From assembly GCF_047555085.1 (NCBI RefSeq), contig NZ_CP180230.1, positions 450,001 through 482,000 on the forward strand: a stretch of 32,000 bases of DNA, in the 5' to 3' direction. Shown here one piece after another: positions 8,636 through 17,680 of this stretch (position 1 is the first letter of the stretch; each line of letters starts with the position of its first letter). Position numbers and translations under genes: made by a program. Source of the stretch: Candidatus Saccharimonadota bacterium. Its GTDB lineage: Archaea; Nanohalarchaeota; Nanosalinia; Nanosalinales; Nanosalinaceae. The notes under the pieces are model-generated. The model worked only from the letters and a program-made list of their open reading frames with translations, was not told the DNA's origin and made no database searches.

Positions 8636-8962
8636 ATGGTTAATGGGAGGGATGATCTGATGGATCTGGATTACAGTGCATATGATCACGTCCTCGAGTT
8701 CACTGAAGAGCTGGGGAAGAGGCGTATAGATGCAAGTGAGGTAGAGGTTTCTCTGGGATTCCACTACGAGGATGATACACCGGTTCTCGATGTCTATGGA
8801 ACTGATGGAAGAAATAAGTACATCGACAGCTTCAGACTTCAAGGCCTGTCGCCGGAAGTATTCGAAAGCACGGGTTATGAGCTATGGGTCAACGCATTCG
8901 AGCAGGACTTCGAGATAGGCGATGTTCTTGAAGAGTTCGATAACGGCCGATTCAGAAAATAA
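8636..8962 (+). CDS. Hypothetical small acidic protein.
   Basis: 108-aa ORF with halophile-like acidic composition. No motif recognised. Confidence 0.45.
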   Translation: MVNGRDDLMDLDYSAYDHVLEFTEELGKRRIDASEVEVSLGFHYEDDTPVLDVYGTDGRNKYIDSFRLQGLSPEVFESTGYELWVNAFEQDFEIGDVLEEFDNGRFRK

Positions 8963-9159
8963 CTGCATTCATGCCATCAACACTTTTTCTGCAGTAGCCA
9001 GAAAGAATTGTAGGCCTCCAACTTATTGAGAGCAAACTTTTAAAAAGGTCAGATCACAAAGTAAGAGTATGACTCACGTAGCTCAGATCGTGGAATCTGT
9101 ATCCTCGATGTCTAAGTGGGCTAGCGTGAGCAATATCAATACCTATAGATCCAATCTGT

Positions 9160-9186
9160 TTATCCTGTATACCTAATACAGGATAA
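9160..9186. repeat. Perfect 10-bp inverted repeat (hairpin) inside the long ORF-free spacer.
   Basis: TTATCCTGTA (9160-9169) and TACAGGATAA (9177-9186), separated by the 7-nt loop TACCTAA. Confidence 0.8.
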
Positions 9187-9531
9187 GTAGGTTGGGAAAT
9201 CCTGGCCTGTTCCTCAACTCAGGGGAACTCGGGCAAAAGGACCTAACCGAAAAACGCAATCCTTCTTCACGTGAAAAACGCTACAACCTTAACAAGGTGG
9301 TTAATTAGACAACAAGAATCATTACGCTGCTCCAGCAAGCCTAGAAGGCTCCAGAGGCCTTCAAAATCCTTTTTCTTCATTTATTTCGTCTTATAGAATC
9401 AGAAGATTTTAAAGCATTCACGTTATATTTTCTGTATCTATGACGCCAGTTTCAATCAAGGGTGGACGTTTTTTCTTGGAAGCAGCTAGAACTGCTTAGA
9501 TCAAAATCTTGTACTGTAATTTCTGTTTCGG

Positions 9532-10629
9532 GTGCTCCAGGTGAGTGACTCTATACGCCTGGCGCAAAAAGGCGACGCTGAAGATATTGTAGGCCTGTTT
9601 CTGAACGAGTACGATCGCTACTTTGGAAAGTTCAGTGATCCTGATAAAATGGCTGAATCTATAGAGCATATGCATAGAGGCCTACAGACTGGAGATCCAT
9701 GGGCCGGTGTAATGGTGCTCGATGCGCCGGATGATCTGGAGTGGTCGCAGAACGGTATAGAAGGAGTATCTGCCGTTAAGCAGAACAGGCCTGGATGGTC
9801 AGAGCTTTCATCAACTGTTATAGATCCTGAAGCCCGAAGTCAGGAGGTAGATGGCGTCCCGGTTTACCAGTTGCTTCATCAGGCAAGGGAAAGTTTCGAT
9901 GAAGAAGTATATCCTGATGAAAAGCGGTATACTCAGACAGTCTCATTCACAGGCAAAAGTCAGAAAGGAAGCATGGAGGCCGGATTCGTACCTGTAGGAT
10001 ACAGTGACGGCCAGTTCTTCGAGGCCCACAACGGAGAAGGCAGGATATCCACAGTCTATATGATCGACTCCGGAAATGACTACACCGGAGACGGAGAAGT
10101 ATATACTCCGGATAATGAGGCACAGGCTGTTGAACAGGTGCTTGAAAATCTGGATGAAGCCGGCGTGGATATAGAGAGAACTCTGGAGAACGATGAGGAA
10201 AGGCCTGAAGAGGTAGCTGTCAAGGAACAGAACGCTGAGACAATCGGACAGGCCCGTTTGACAGTAATACCAGATAAACAGGATGGCTACGATACCTGGA
10301 GCTATGACAGAGTACTCGACTGGGTAGATCAAATGCAGAGCAGAGAAGATATAGACTGGACAGGACTGGAAATCGATGCTGGAAATCCTGTAGCCGCATC
10401 CATTAAATCTGATACAGGCCTTGATTTCGAGAGGTATCAGCCGGACGGCATCAGAACGGAAGACGGATGGAGAGATATCATAGGCCTCCAGGGCAGGCCC
10501 TCGGGCACGAGGGAAAGATACTTCGTAGATGACGCTATGAGTGTTATAGAGGCTGCAGGAATCCCGCATGAAAGATACGGCTCTAGAGAGTACTCTGGTA
10601 CGGAGGTGCACAGAGCAGAGATCAGTTAA
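9532..10629 (+). CDS. Hypothetical acidic protein.
   Basis: 365-aa ORF with a GTG start. The N-terminus (IRLAQKGDAEDIVGLF) faintly resembles the start of GNAT acetyltransferases, but I cannot support a family call. Confidence 0.55.
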   Translation: MLQVSDSIRLAQKGDAEDIVGLFLNEYDRYFGKFSDPDKMAESIEHMHRGLQTGDPWAGVMVLDAPDDLEWSQNGIEGVSAVKQNRPGWSELSSTVIDPEARSQEVDGVPVYQLLHQARESFDEEVYPDEKRYTQTVSFTGKSQKGSMEAGFVPVGYSDGQFFEAHNGEGRISTVYMIDSGNDYTGDGEVYTPDNEAQAVEQVLENLDEAGVDIERTLENDEERPEEVAVKEQNAETIGQARLTVIPDKQDGYDTWSYDRVLDWVDQMQSREDIDWTGLEIDAGNPVAASIKSDTGLDFERYQPDGIRTEDGWRDIIGLQGRPSGTRERYFVDDAMSVIEAAGIPHERYGSREYSGTEVHRAEIS

Positions 10630-10704
10630 GCATATCTCTGATCGCTTCCTCTAATTTTTTCTTTTCTCAAGGATTAAATCAGTTCAGAGCACAATCTGTA
10701 AACT

Positions 10705-11391
10705 GTGAACAACAGGATACCTGAAGATGCAGAATCAGTAGAGGAAGGCCTGAGCAACAAGGTATTTTTCCATGAGGACAGAGTCTACAAAGTCTACAGA
10801 TTCTTCCCGCTTCCAGGCCTCTATGCCTCACTCATCGAACTTCTGAGAGGTAGGATTGTATTCTACAGCAGGCACAGAAGAATCAGGAACGAGGTAAAGA
10901 TGACAGGCCTGATCGAAAAGGCGGGGATCCGGACACCGGAGATACTGGAAGTAGTTGACAACATGATAGTTTTCCAGAAAATATCCGGAAAATCGGGCTT
11001 CAGGTATCTTTCAGAATGCGGAGAGGATGAGGCCTCACAGTTCGGTGAAAGAATCCGGGATTTCCTAGATGAACTTCACAGCCTTGACGTTGCACTGAAA
11101 GATGTCAGGCTATCCAACTTCATAGTAAGTAACGGAGAAGTATTCAGTATAGACCATGAATTCGCCAGTCTGGAGGCAGGAAAACTGTTCAAGATACTTG
11201 ACGAACTCACAGTACTCTCCAGCGCCCGCCAGACACCTAACTACCATGATTTTGCTGAAGGATTCAATCCTCACAGGTACGCGGTATATTTATCGGTGTT
11301 CACTGCTTTTTACCACATCCTGATCTTCAACAGGAGCAGAGAACGATTGAAAAATCTGCTTGCAAGCCTCAGGCCTCGAAAGCAAAGCTGA
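10705..11391 (+). CDS. Small protein-kinase-fold protein (Bud32/RIO/Kdo-kinase-like).
   Basis: It has a short N-lobe (VFFHEDRVYKVYR). Its catalytic-loop-like LKDVRLSNFIV keeps the DxxxxN spacing. The metal-binding-like segment is FSIDHEFA. GTG start. The 3' end overlaps convergent cruF by 23 nt. Confidence 0.55.
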   Translation: MNNRIPEDAESVEEGLSNKVFFHEDRVYKVYRFFPLPGLYASLIELLRGRIVFYSRHRRIRNEVKMTGLIEKAGIRTPEILEVVDNMIVFQKISGKSGFRYLSECGEDEASQFGERIRDFLDELHSLDVALKDVRLSNFIVSNGEVFSIDHEFASLEAGKLFKILDELTVLSSARQTPNYHDFAEGFNPHRYAVYLSVFTAFYHILIFNRSRERLKNLLASLRPRKQS

Positions 11392-12148
11392 AACGGTCAA
11401 CACGGTAAAGCAGAAGGCCTATAGCTACAGAGAAGATTACAGGAACCATGTTCAGGTAGTAGAGATTCACGATACCCCACAGGAACACGAAGCTGACGAA
11501 ATCATCCAGCATGAACTCTGTATTCTCAAGCCGTTCTCTTATCTCAGAGGCCTCGAAAACATATTCAAGCACGAAAAGCACAACTGAAGCGCTTAATATC
11601 CAGCCAAGAAAGTTCGAAACCGGCACCCCATAGAATAAGCCGGAGGAGTACTGCCAGATTCCCAGAGAGACTGCTGCAGGATCAAGAACAGCATCTACAG
11701 CCAGAACAAGAAGTAGAGAAGTTGCGAATCGCTTCCAGATTTTTTTAAATCCGAATAGATTGGAAAGAAGATACGCATTCAGCACCAGAGGAATGAAAAA
11801 CAGTGGAAGGCCCAGAGGAACACCTGATATCATAGGCCCGAGCTCCACAAGGTACTCGAAATTTCCATAAGGCCAGCCTGTCTTCAGGCCTATAAACTCT
11901 ATAACGTATGCATAAACTGCTACAATTGAGAGGCCTAAAGCAGCTTTTCTATCGACTAGAGGCTTTAATCCTGCGATAAGCGGAAGCCGCATTACAAGCG
12001 TTCCGGAAAGTATGAATAAAGGATTGAATCTCAGGATTTCGGGCAGAAAGTTTTCTGCTGAGGCCAGGAAAGTTAGAGCACCGGCTAAAGGAAAAATTAT
12101 GGATATAGTGAATCTGTTGTCGCTGACAAGCTTCTCCAGTCTATCCAT
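11369..12148 (-). CDS. cruF: Carotenoid biosynthesis membrane protein (Caroten_synth/DUF422 family); probable bisanhydrobacterioruberin hydratase CruF.
   Basis: A multi-TM protein with GLKTGWPYGNFEY...GVPLGLPLFF and NFLGW, motifs I associate with PF04240. It is the last gene of a crtD-lyeJ-cruF-type overlapping operon. Confidence 0.7.
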   Translation of the reverse strand: MDRLEKLVSDNRFTISIIFPLAGALTFLASAENFLPEILRFNPLFILSGTLVMRLPLIAGLKPLVDRKAALGLSIVAVYAYVIEFIGLKTGWPYGNFEYLVELGPMISGVPLGLPLFFIPLVLNAYLLSNLFGFKKIWKRFATSLLLVLAVDAVLDPAAVSLGIWQYSSGLFYGVPVSNFLGWILSASVVLFVLEYVFEASEIRERLENTEFMLDDFVSFVFLWGIVNLYYLNMVPVIFSVAIGLLLYRVDRFSFAFEA

Positions 12149-12983
12149 GCACCAGCACCCACAGCCCTGCTATCGAGAGTATCATCCCCAGGAATGCGTT
12201 GATGTAGGGATAGTACCAGTAGGCCTCAGAGTCCTCAAGTCCCGAGAAGTAGAAAATTACACATATCAACGGATAAACGGAGAATAACAGACCTGTCCAG
12301 AAATTCCAGAGGCCTGCAACTATGCCTGACAGGCTCCATACAGCTGTACAGTACACAAAAGTCTTTTTACGTCCGAGAAAAGTTGCTGTTGTCGCTACAC
12401 CGGCTTTTCGATCCGGTTCTATATCAGGTATAGCTGAAAAAGTATGCATAGCCATCGCCCACAGCCAGCCAGCAGCCACAGCCGTTAAGGCAGGGAGACT
12501 CGATGTAACTGCTGCATAAGACACCACAAATGGAAATATGTACAGTCCGTTACTGAGCGAATCAAGGAAAGGCCTGGCCTTGAAACGCAGCGGCGGAGCG
12601 CTGTATCCGATGCTTAACGCCAGGAAAGCCATCATCGCAGCAGAGGCCTCTGAAGGAAGTAAAATGATTACAGGTATGGATAGAGCTGTTGAAAGGCCTA
12701 CAGAAAGATCTGTAAATGTGCTGCCCCTGTATCTCTCCTCTTTATCATCTTTTTTCGGGTTATCTTCGTCCACGTCCCTGTCGAAGTAGTCGTTCACTCC
12801 GTAGAGCATGATGTTGGCAGGGATCAGGAAGTAAATCAACAGAAGCAGATTTTCAATGCTGTACAACTGTTCGATGCTGCCTGATCCAAGTATAAGGCCT
12901 ATCATTGCCGGGCCTGCCAGGTAAAGCCAGAAGCGTGGCCTTGAAAGTTTCAGAAGATATCTGATTTCATTTTTCATCTTCAA
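12141..12983 (-). CDS. lyeJ: UbiA-family prenyltransferase; probable lycopene elongase/hydratase LyeJ.
   Basis: Asp-rich UbiA motif NDYFDRDVDEDNPKK. There are 8-9 hydrophobic helices. The gene lies between the desaturase and cruF, overlapping them by 17 and 8 nt. Confidence 0.78.
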   Translation of the reverse strand: MKMKNEIRYLLKLSRPRFWLYLAGPAMIGLILGSGSIEQLYSIENLLLLIYFLIPANIMLYGVNDYFDRDVDEDNPKKDDKEERYRGSTFTDLSVGLSTALSIPVIILLPSEASAAMMAFLALSIGYSAPPLRFKARPFLDSLSNGLYIFPFVVSYAAVTSSLPALTAVAAGWLWAMAMHTFSAIPDIEPDRKAGVATTATFLGRKKTFVYCTAVWSLSGIVAGLWNFWTGLLFSVYPLICVIFYFSGLEDSEAYWYYPYINAFLGMILSIAGLWVLVHG

Positions 12984-14523
12984 GATCTTCCACCACTTTT
13001 TCTGCGACGTGCTCGCCGCTTATCAGGCACATCGGCATACCGATCCCAGGATTAGTGTACTGGCCGGTATAGTAGAGGCCTTTCATGTTTTTTGAGCGCT
13101 GTTTAGGCCTGAATACTGATGTCTGTCTCAATGTGTGGGCGATGCCGAGTGCTGTGCCGTTGTAGCTGTTGTATTTTTCTTTGAATTCTTCGCCTGCGAA
13201 GATCTTCTCGTAGTTTATACGTCCTCTCAAGTCCTCTCCGGTGTTTTCTGCCAGATCTTCAAGTACTGCTTCTCTGAATTTTTCTCTCTTATCTTCATCC
13301 AGATCCAGTTCTGCTGCTACAGGTACAAGTATGAAAAGCGCAGACTTGCCTTCAGGTGCGACAGTTTCGTCGGTATCTGAAGGATTGCAAACGTAGTAAG
13401 CCGGATCCTCGGGGAGGCCTGGATCATCGAAGATCTTCTCAAAATGAGGGTTCCAGTCTTCAGGGAGTACAAGCGAGTGGTGCTCCAGCTCTTCCAGTTC
13501 TCCTTCCACTCCCAGATACATCAGAAAGGCGCTGGGCGCATACGTCCTTGAATCCCAGTAATCTTTATCGTAGGTAGTAAATTTTTCAGGCAGAAGCTCC
13601 GTCTCCGTGAAAGCATAATCGGCATTAGAGACGACTGCATCGGCCTCTATCTCCCTGTCTTCAGTTTCAACAAAATTTTTCCCGTCCCTCCTGTCAATTT
13701 TTCTGACTTCCTCTCCTGTAGAGAACTTTACACCCTGCTCCTCTGCCAGCTCCTTCATACCCTCGATAACAGAGTATATGCCGCCTTCAGGATAGTAGAC
13801 TCCCATGTTAAAGTCTACGTGACTCATCAAGTTGTAAAGCGCTGGAGTGTTCTCCGGCGATCCGCCAAGGAAAACAAGTGTATACTGCATAACCTGCTGA
13901 AGCTTCGGATTATCAAAGTATTCCTCCACGTGATCCTGCATCTTCTTTATCAGAGAAATCCCGCGCGCATTCCTGAGAACATCAAGAGAGATATAATCCC
14001 GGAAATTATTCCTGTCCTTGAGAACAAACTCATTCATCCCTATGTCGTAAGTCTCCTCTGACTTCTCCAGATAACGCTGAAAGGCCTCTCCGGCACCGTC
14101 CTCATACGTCTCGAAAAGTTCCGAGGCCTCTTCCGGATCAGCCGGGACGTCCATACGATCACCATCCTTGAAGAAGATGCTGTAGTTCGGATCAAGCCTT
14201 GTCAAGGAGTAGAAATCTTCAGGATCTCTGTCAAACCTGTTGAAGAATCTTTCAAAAATATCTGGCATAAGGTACCACGAAGGACCCATGTCAAACCGGT
14301 ATCCGTCCTCCTCAAGCACGGATGCACGGCCTCCTACAGAATCATTCTTCTCAACTAGTTCAACTTCAAATCCTTTTTTTCCGAGGAAACAGGCCGCTGA
14401 AAGGCCTCCGAATCCTCCGCCGATGACTACAATTTTCTCGTCTTTCACACTGTTGGTTCTGACTTGTATTCTTAAGCAAGTACTGATTTTTCCCTGCGGA
14501 AAAGAGAAAAAAGATCGGATCAT
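12967..14523 (-). CDS. crtD: Phytoene-desaturase-family FAD oxidoreductase (CrtI/CrtD). By synteny it is probably carotenoid 3,4-desaturase CrtD.
   Basis: Dinucleotide-binding motif KIVVIGGGFGGLSAA...VELVEKNDSVGGR, then DMGPSWYLMPDIFERFF, typical of haloarchaeal CrtI-family enzymes. The in-frame GTG at 14445 (giving MKDEKIVVIGGG) is a more plausible start than the ATG at 14523, which lies only 12 nt from the divergent gene. Confidence 0.88.
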   Translation of the reverse strand: MIRSFFSFPQGKISTCLRIQVRTNSVKDEKIVVIGGGFGGLSAACFLGKKGFEVELVEKNDSVGGRASVLEEDGYRFDMGPSWYLMPDIFERFFNRFDRDPEDFYSLTRLDPNYSIFFKDGDRMDVPADPEEASELFETYEDGAGEAFQRYLEKSEETYDIGMNEFVLKDRNNFRDYISLDVLRNARGISLIKKMQDHVEEYFDNPKLQQVMQYTLVFLGGSPENTPALYNLMSHVDFNMGVYYPEGGIYSVIEGMKELAEEQGVKFSTGEEVRKIDRRDGKNFVETEDREIEADAVVSNADYAFTETELLPEKFTTYDKDYWDSRTYAPSAFLMYLGVEGELEELEHHSLVLPEDWNPHFEKIFDDPGLPEDPAYYVCNPSDTDETVAPEGKSALFILVPVAAELDLDEDKREKFREAVLEDLAENTGEDLRGRINYEKIFAGEEFKEKYNSYNGTALGIAHTLRQTSVFRPKQRSKNMKGLYYTGQYTNPGIGMPMCLISGEHVAEKVVEDLEDEK

Positions 14524-14534
14524 GAGTATACAGT

Positions 14535-15446
14535 ATGCTTCGCAGGATCAGGCCCTATCTAGGTATTTTCCTGACAACTGCCTTCCTTGGCCTGATGCTT
14601 TACGCCGTGGATCTTGAGGCCTCTCTGAATGCTTTGATGTCTGCCGATCCGTTTATACTGGTGGCTGCACTGATCTCGGCGAACATTCCCTTGCTTGTGT
14701 ATGCAGCAGTCTGGCGCAGAGTTCTATCGATTACAGGCCTGGAGCTGGATTACTTCACTACTTTGAGGCTGGTTCTTGCAAATACTTTCGTCAACAATAT
14801 CACTCCTTTCGGCAATATAGGAGGAGAAGCCGCATCGACATACATACTTTCAAAGATATCCGGAAAAAGCTACGGCCAGAGCTTCACAGCAGTTTTCACA
14901 GCCAGCATAATCAATTTTTCACCGCTGATAACTTTCCTTCTATTCGGAGGCCTGTACACAGGATTATACGATATACTGATTCTGCCTGTACTAGCGTTAA
15001 CTCTGTATGTGCTGATTAAAAACACAGAACTGTCGATACCTGTACCTGCTTCACTTGAAGACTTCAGCAAAGATTTCAGTGCTTCATTTGACACAGTGAA
15101 AAATTCAGGGAAGTCTCTATGGAGTCTTATTTCCGTGACACATCTTGCTTTCCTCTTCGACGTAATATCCATCTTTCTGATAGGCCTTTCTCTAGGCCTG
15201 GATTTTTACTCGGCGTCTCTATTCTTCGTGGTGCCTCTGGCCCGTGCAGCCAACTACGTGCCGACTCCGGGAGGAACAGGGCCTTATGAACTGGCTCTTT
15301 CAGGCCTCCTGGCATACTTCTTCCCGGTGAGTTTTCATGAGGCAGTGGTTGTGGCCATAATTTACAGAGTCCTGACGTATTATACAGGGATCTTGGTAGG
15401 TTATTTCGCTATAAATTCATTTCAGATAGGAGAAAAAGGTATTTAA
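14535..15446 (+). CDS. Flippase-like / lysylphosphatidylglycerol-synthase TM-region family (UPF0104) membrane protein.
   Basis: About 8 TM helices and the conserved PTPGGTGPYE motif of the LPG_synthase_TM/TIGR00374 family. It is divergent from the crtD operon. Confidence 0.68.
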   Translation: MLRRIRPYLGIFLTTAFLGLMLYAVDLEASLNALMSADPFILVAALISANIPLLVYAAVWRRVLSITGLELDYFTTLRLVLANTFVNNITPFGNIGGEAASTYILSKISGKSYGQSFTAVFTASIINFSPLITFLLFGGLYTGLYDILILPVLALTLYVLIKNTELSIPVPASLEDFSKDFSASFDTVKNSGKSLWSLISVTHLAFLFDVISIFLIGLSLGLDFYSASLFFVVPLARAANYVPTPGGTGPYELALSGLLAYFFPVSFHEAVVVAIIYRVLTYYTGILVGYFAINSFQIGEKGI

Positions 15447-15457
15447 CAGCACAGAAG

Positions 15458-15955
15458 TTGATAACTTCTATGATAGAGAAAATCAAGGATTCACAAATAA
15501 TACTTTCATGGGGAGTCACAGTTGCACTCGCCTGGCTTCTAACACCTGTAATGGCAGCACAGGCATTTACAGCCACTCAGGCAATGTACGTCTGGACGGC
15601 ACTCATGGCTGTTCCCCTCGCTTTAACAGGCCTCCTGAAGTACAGGGGAGATTCTAACAAGATCTTCGATATGTGGGCCTTGCTTGTCACTTTGCTGATG
15701 ATAGAGAACTTTCTGACGCCTCTACAGTTCGCAATGTACAGTTACTTCCACGTATGGTTTATCGCAGGAGCATTCGGATTCTACTACACAAGCAAAAGGC
15801 TGCCTCCACCATCCAAAAAGACTTACAGGTACGCAGCCTATGCATCGATCGCTGTACTTCCCGCAGTTTTCTACAGGCCTCTTCTTTCCCCTCTGATCGC
15901 AATCTTTGTCCAGGGAGGCCCGATACTCTACGACTGGTACACGGTACACAGGTAA
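15458..15955 (+). CDS. Integral membrane protein of unknown function, embedded in the carotenoid cluster.
   Basis: 4-5 hydrophobic helices. TTG start, with an alternative ATG at 15470. It is tightly packed between the flippase-like gene and crtB. Confidence 0.5.
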   Translation: MITSMIEKIKDSQIILSWGVTVALAWLLTPVMAAQAFTATQAMYVWTALMAVPLALTGLLKYRGDSNKIFDMWALLVTLLMIENFLTPLQFAMYSYFHVWFIAGAFGFYYTSKRLPPPSKKTYRYAAYASIAVLPAVFYRPLLSPLIAIFVQGGPILYDWYTVHR

Positions 15956-15958
15956 AAG

Positions 15959-16789
15959 GTGAGAGAATTAATGGATGAAGAGTTAAAAGAGATTTTCAGC
16001 GAGAACTCAACTTCGTACTACTACAGCAGCCTTGTATTCCCGAAAAATATCAGGGAAGATGTCTTCAAGCTTTACGCATACGTCAGGACAGCCGATGACT
16101 TTGTCGATGAGAAGCCTCAGAACGCAGAAGCTCTGAAAGAGTTCAGAGAGGAAACTTTCGATAACTGGGAGTCAGGAGAGTCGGAAGACAGGATCGTTAA
16201 CGTCTTTCTGGAAGTAGCTAGAGAGAAAAATTTCGAAAAAGAATGGGTGGAAGCCTTCCTTGACTCCATGGCAGCAGATCTGGACAAAGAAGAGTACGAG
16301 ACACTGGATGAGACACTGGAGTACATCCATGGCTCCGCTGAAGTCATAGGCCTGATGATGTGCGCCATACTGGGACTGGACGAAGAGGCCTACAGGAGCG
16401 CAGAGATGCTTGGGAGATCGATGCAGTACTGTAACTTCATCCGGGACATAAAAGAGGACAACGAGCTCGGCAGACAGTACCTCCCGACAGAGGAAATCGA
16501 GAAACATGGACTGGAAGGTCTGGAAGAAGACGAGGTAGAGAAAGAAAAGTTCGAGGCCTTCATGGAAAATCAACTGGAAAAATACTGGGAATGGCAGAGA
16601 GAAGCGGAGAAAGGCCTGAAACACTTGCCGTACCGTATAAGAGTTCCTGTAATCCTTTCCTCCCGTCTGTACAAGTACACAGCGAAAAAGATAGAGAAAG
16701 ATCCGATGATTGTCTACAGGGAAAAAGTCAGGCCTTCAAAGCCAAGAATTTTCTACGAGTTACTGGCCTCGCTGAAAGGCCGGAAATAA
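15959..16789 (+). CDS. crtB: Phytoene synthase (squalene/phytoene synthase family).
   Basis: Both Asp-rich motifs are present: YAYVRTADDFVDE and YCNFIRDIKEDNELGRQYLP. GTG start at 15959 or ATG at 15971. Confidence 0.9.
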   Translation: MRELMDEELKEIFSENSTSYYYSSLVFPKNIREDVFKLYAYVRTADDFVDEKPQNAEALKEFREETFDNWESGESEDRIVNVFLEVAREKNFEKEWVEAFLDSMAADLDKEEYETLDETLEYIHGSAEVIGLMMCAILGLDEEAYRSAEMLGRSMQYCNFIRDIKEDNELGRQYLPTEEIEKHGLEGLEEDEVEKEKFEAFMENQLEKYWEWQREAEKGLKHLPYRIRVPVILSSRLYKYTAKKIEKDPMIVYREKVRPSKPRIFYELLASLKGRK

Positions 16790-16792
16790 AAA
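16778..16792 (+). repeat. Copy 1 of a 15-nt exact direct repeat, GGCCGGAAATAAAAA. It spans the crtB stop codon.
   Basis: An identical 15-mer recurs at 17681-17695, 903 nt downstream, at the same position relative to the next LamG paralogue. Confidence 0.85.
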
Positions 16793-16816
16793 CACGGATT
16801 GAGAAATAATTTACAG

Positions 16817-17632
16817 ATGCCGAAGCTCAACTGGGATGGAAACGATTTTCGTAATCCACAGGATAGTTCGGGAACAGTAGCAGATATGATTTCCCGGAAT
16901 GGCAGCCTTCAACAAGGCTATTTTCATGGAAGTTTGACTGAAGGCCTTGTTGCGTATTATCCTTTTGAAGCTGGTACAGGTTCAACGGTTACAGATGAGG
17001 CTCTGGGAAATGATGGGAGTATAAATGGCGCTTCATGGGTTTCTGGAGCTATAGGCGATTATTCTCTGAGTTTTGACGGTGGTAGCGACTATGTAGGTGT
17101 TGATAGCCTTGGCGATACGGATGTTGAGCCGCCCTTCACTTTATCAGCATGGTTCAATTCTAACGTGGATGAAACAGAGGCCAGAAGCGAGTTGATACAG
17201 ACACAGAGTAAAAAGTGGCATATCAGAATAGAAGATCGAGGAGACGGAGGATTTGGGTCTCCGGGAAACACATTCAATCCTGGTCTAGGCCTCCACATAC
17301 AGAATTCTGCGGATGATCTCTGGTATGTTGTAAGTTTCCCTACTCCTACAGACACCTGGCATCATGTAACAGCTGTTTTTGACGGACAGGATATGAAAAT
17401 ATTTCTTGATGGGGTTTTGCAGGATAGCTACAGCTTTGGAAGCCAGATAACGATAAAAAACGATAATCTAAGTACAACATCTTTCGGCGCAAGGCCTGAC
17501 GGTACAAATCCATGGGATGGAGAGATAGACGACGTGAGGATTTACGACAGGAAACTTTCCACGCCAGAAATAAAAGCATTATACAATCTTACAGCTCCCT
17601 CAAAAGTTTCTCCAGATGATACTCTGCAGTAA
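16817..17632 (+). CDS. LamG / concanavalin-A-like lectin-fold (Laminin_G_3-type) protein, paralogue 1.
   Basis: WHHVTAVFDGQDMKIFLDGV and GEIDDVRIYDRKLSTPEIKALY are the typical Laminin_G_3 closing motifs. The N-terminal 75 aa are highly similar to the next gene, so I chose the ATG at 16817 (MPKLNWDG) over the ORF-track start at 16799. No signal peptide. Confidence 0.82.
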   Translation: MPKLNWDGNDFRNPQDSSGTVADMISRNGSLQQGYFHGSLTEGLVAYYPFEAGTGSTVTDEALGNDGSINGASWVSGAIGDYSLSFDGGSDYVGVDSLGDTDVEPPFTLSAWFNSNVDETEARSELIQTQSKKWHIRIEDRGDGGFGSPGNTFNPGLGLHIQNSADDLWYVVSFPTPTDTWHHVTAVFDGQDMKIFLDGVLQDSYSFGSQITIKNDNLSTTSFGARPDGTNPWDGEIDDVRIYDRKLSTPEIKALYNLTAPSKVSPDDTLQ

Positions 17633-17680
17633 CTCTGACATGATACTCAGGAGATCATAGTGAATTACTGCATTTATCAG

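Noticed and set aside
8963-9531. Assignment of the ORF-free region to RNase P RNA, SRP (7S) RNA, 5S rRNA, a split/permuted tRNA or a C/D-box sRNA.
   Set aside because: - I could not find the conserved cores I know for these RNAs: GAGGAAAGUCC for RNase P, the SRP helix-8 motifs, and CCGAAC...GUACUGG for 5S.
- There is no T-loop GTTCGAATC and there are no RUGAUGA/CUGA boxes.
- TAGCTCAG at 9079 resembles a D-arm, but no cloverleaf can be completed.
- The region is kept only as an unclassified ncRNA candidate.
9943-10611. 222-aa minus-strand ORF, inside 9532..10629.
   Set aside because: It lies antisense within a longer acidic ORF. GAx-rich acidic coding sequence is poor in antisense stop codons, so long shadow ORFs are expected. 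Its S/F/C/I-rich, non-acidic composition argues against a real halophile protein.
11360-11587. 75-aa plus-strand ORF overlapping the 3' part of cruF. Similar alternative-frame ORFs occur at 12012..12287, 12322..12519, 12538..12789, 13135..14617 and 15673..15978.
   Set aside because: They overlap motif-supported carotenoid or membrane-protein genes on the other strand or in another frame. No independent support.
16172-16624. 150-aa minus-strand ORF (plus 16117..16368), inside crtB.
   Set aside because: Both are antisense to phytoene synthase, which has both Asp-rich motifs. They are shadow ORFs.
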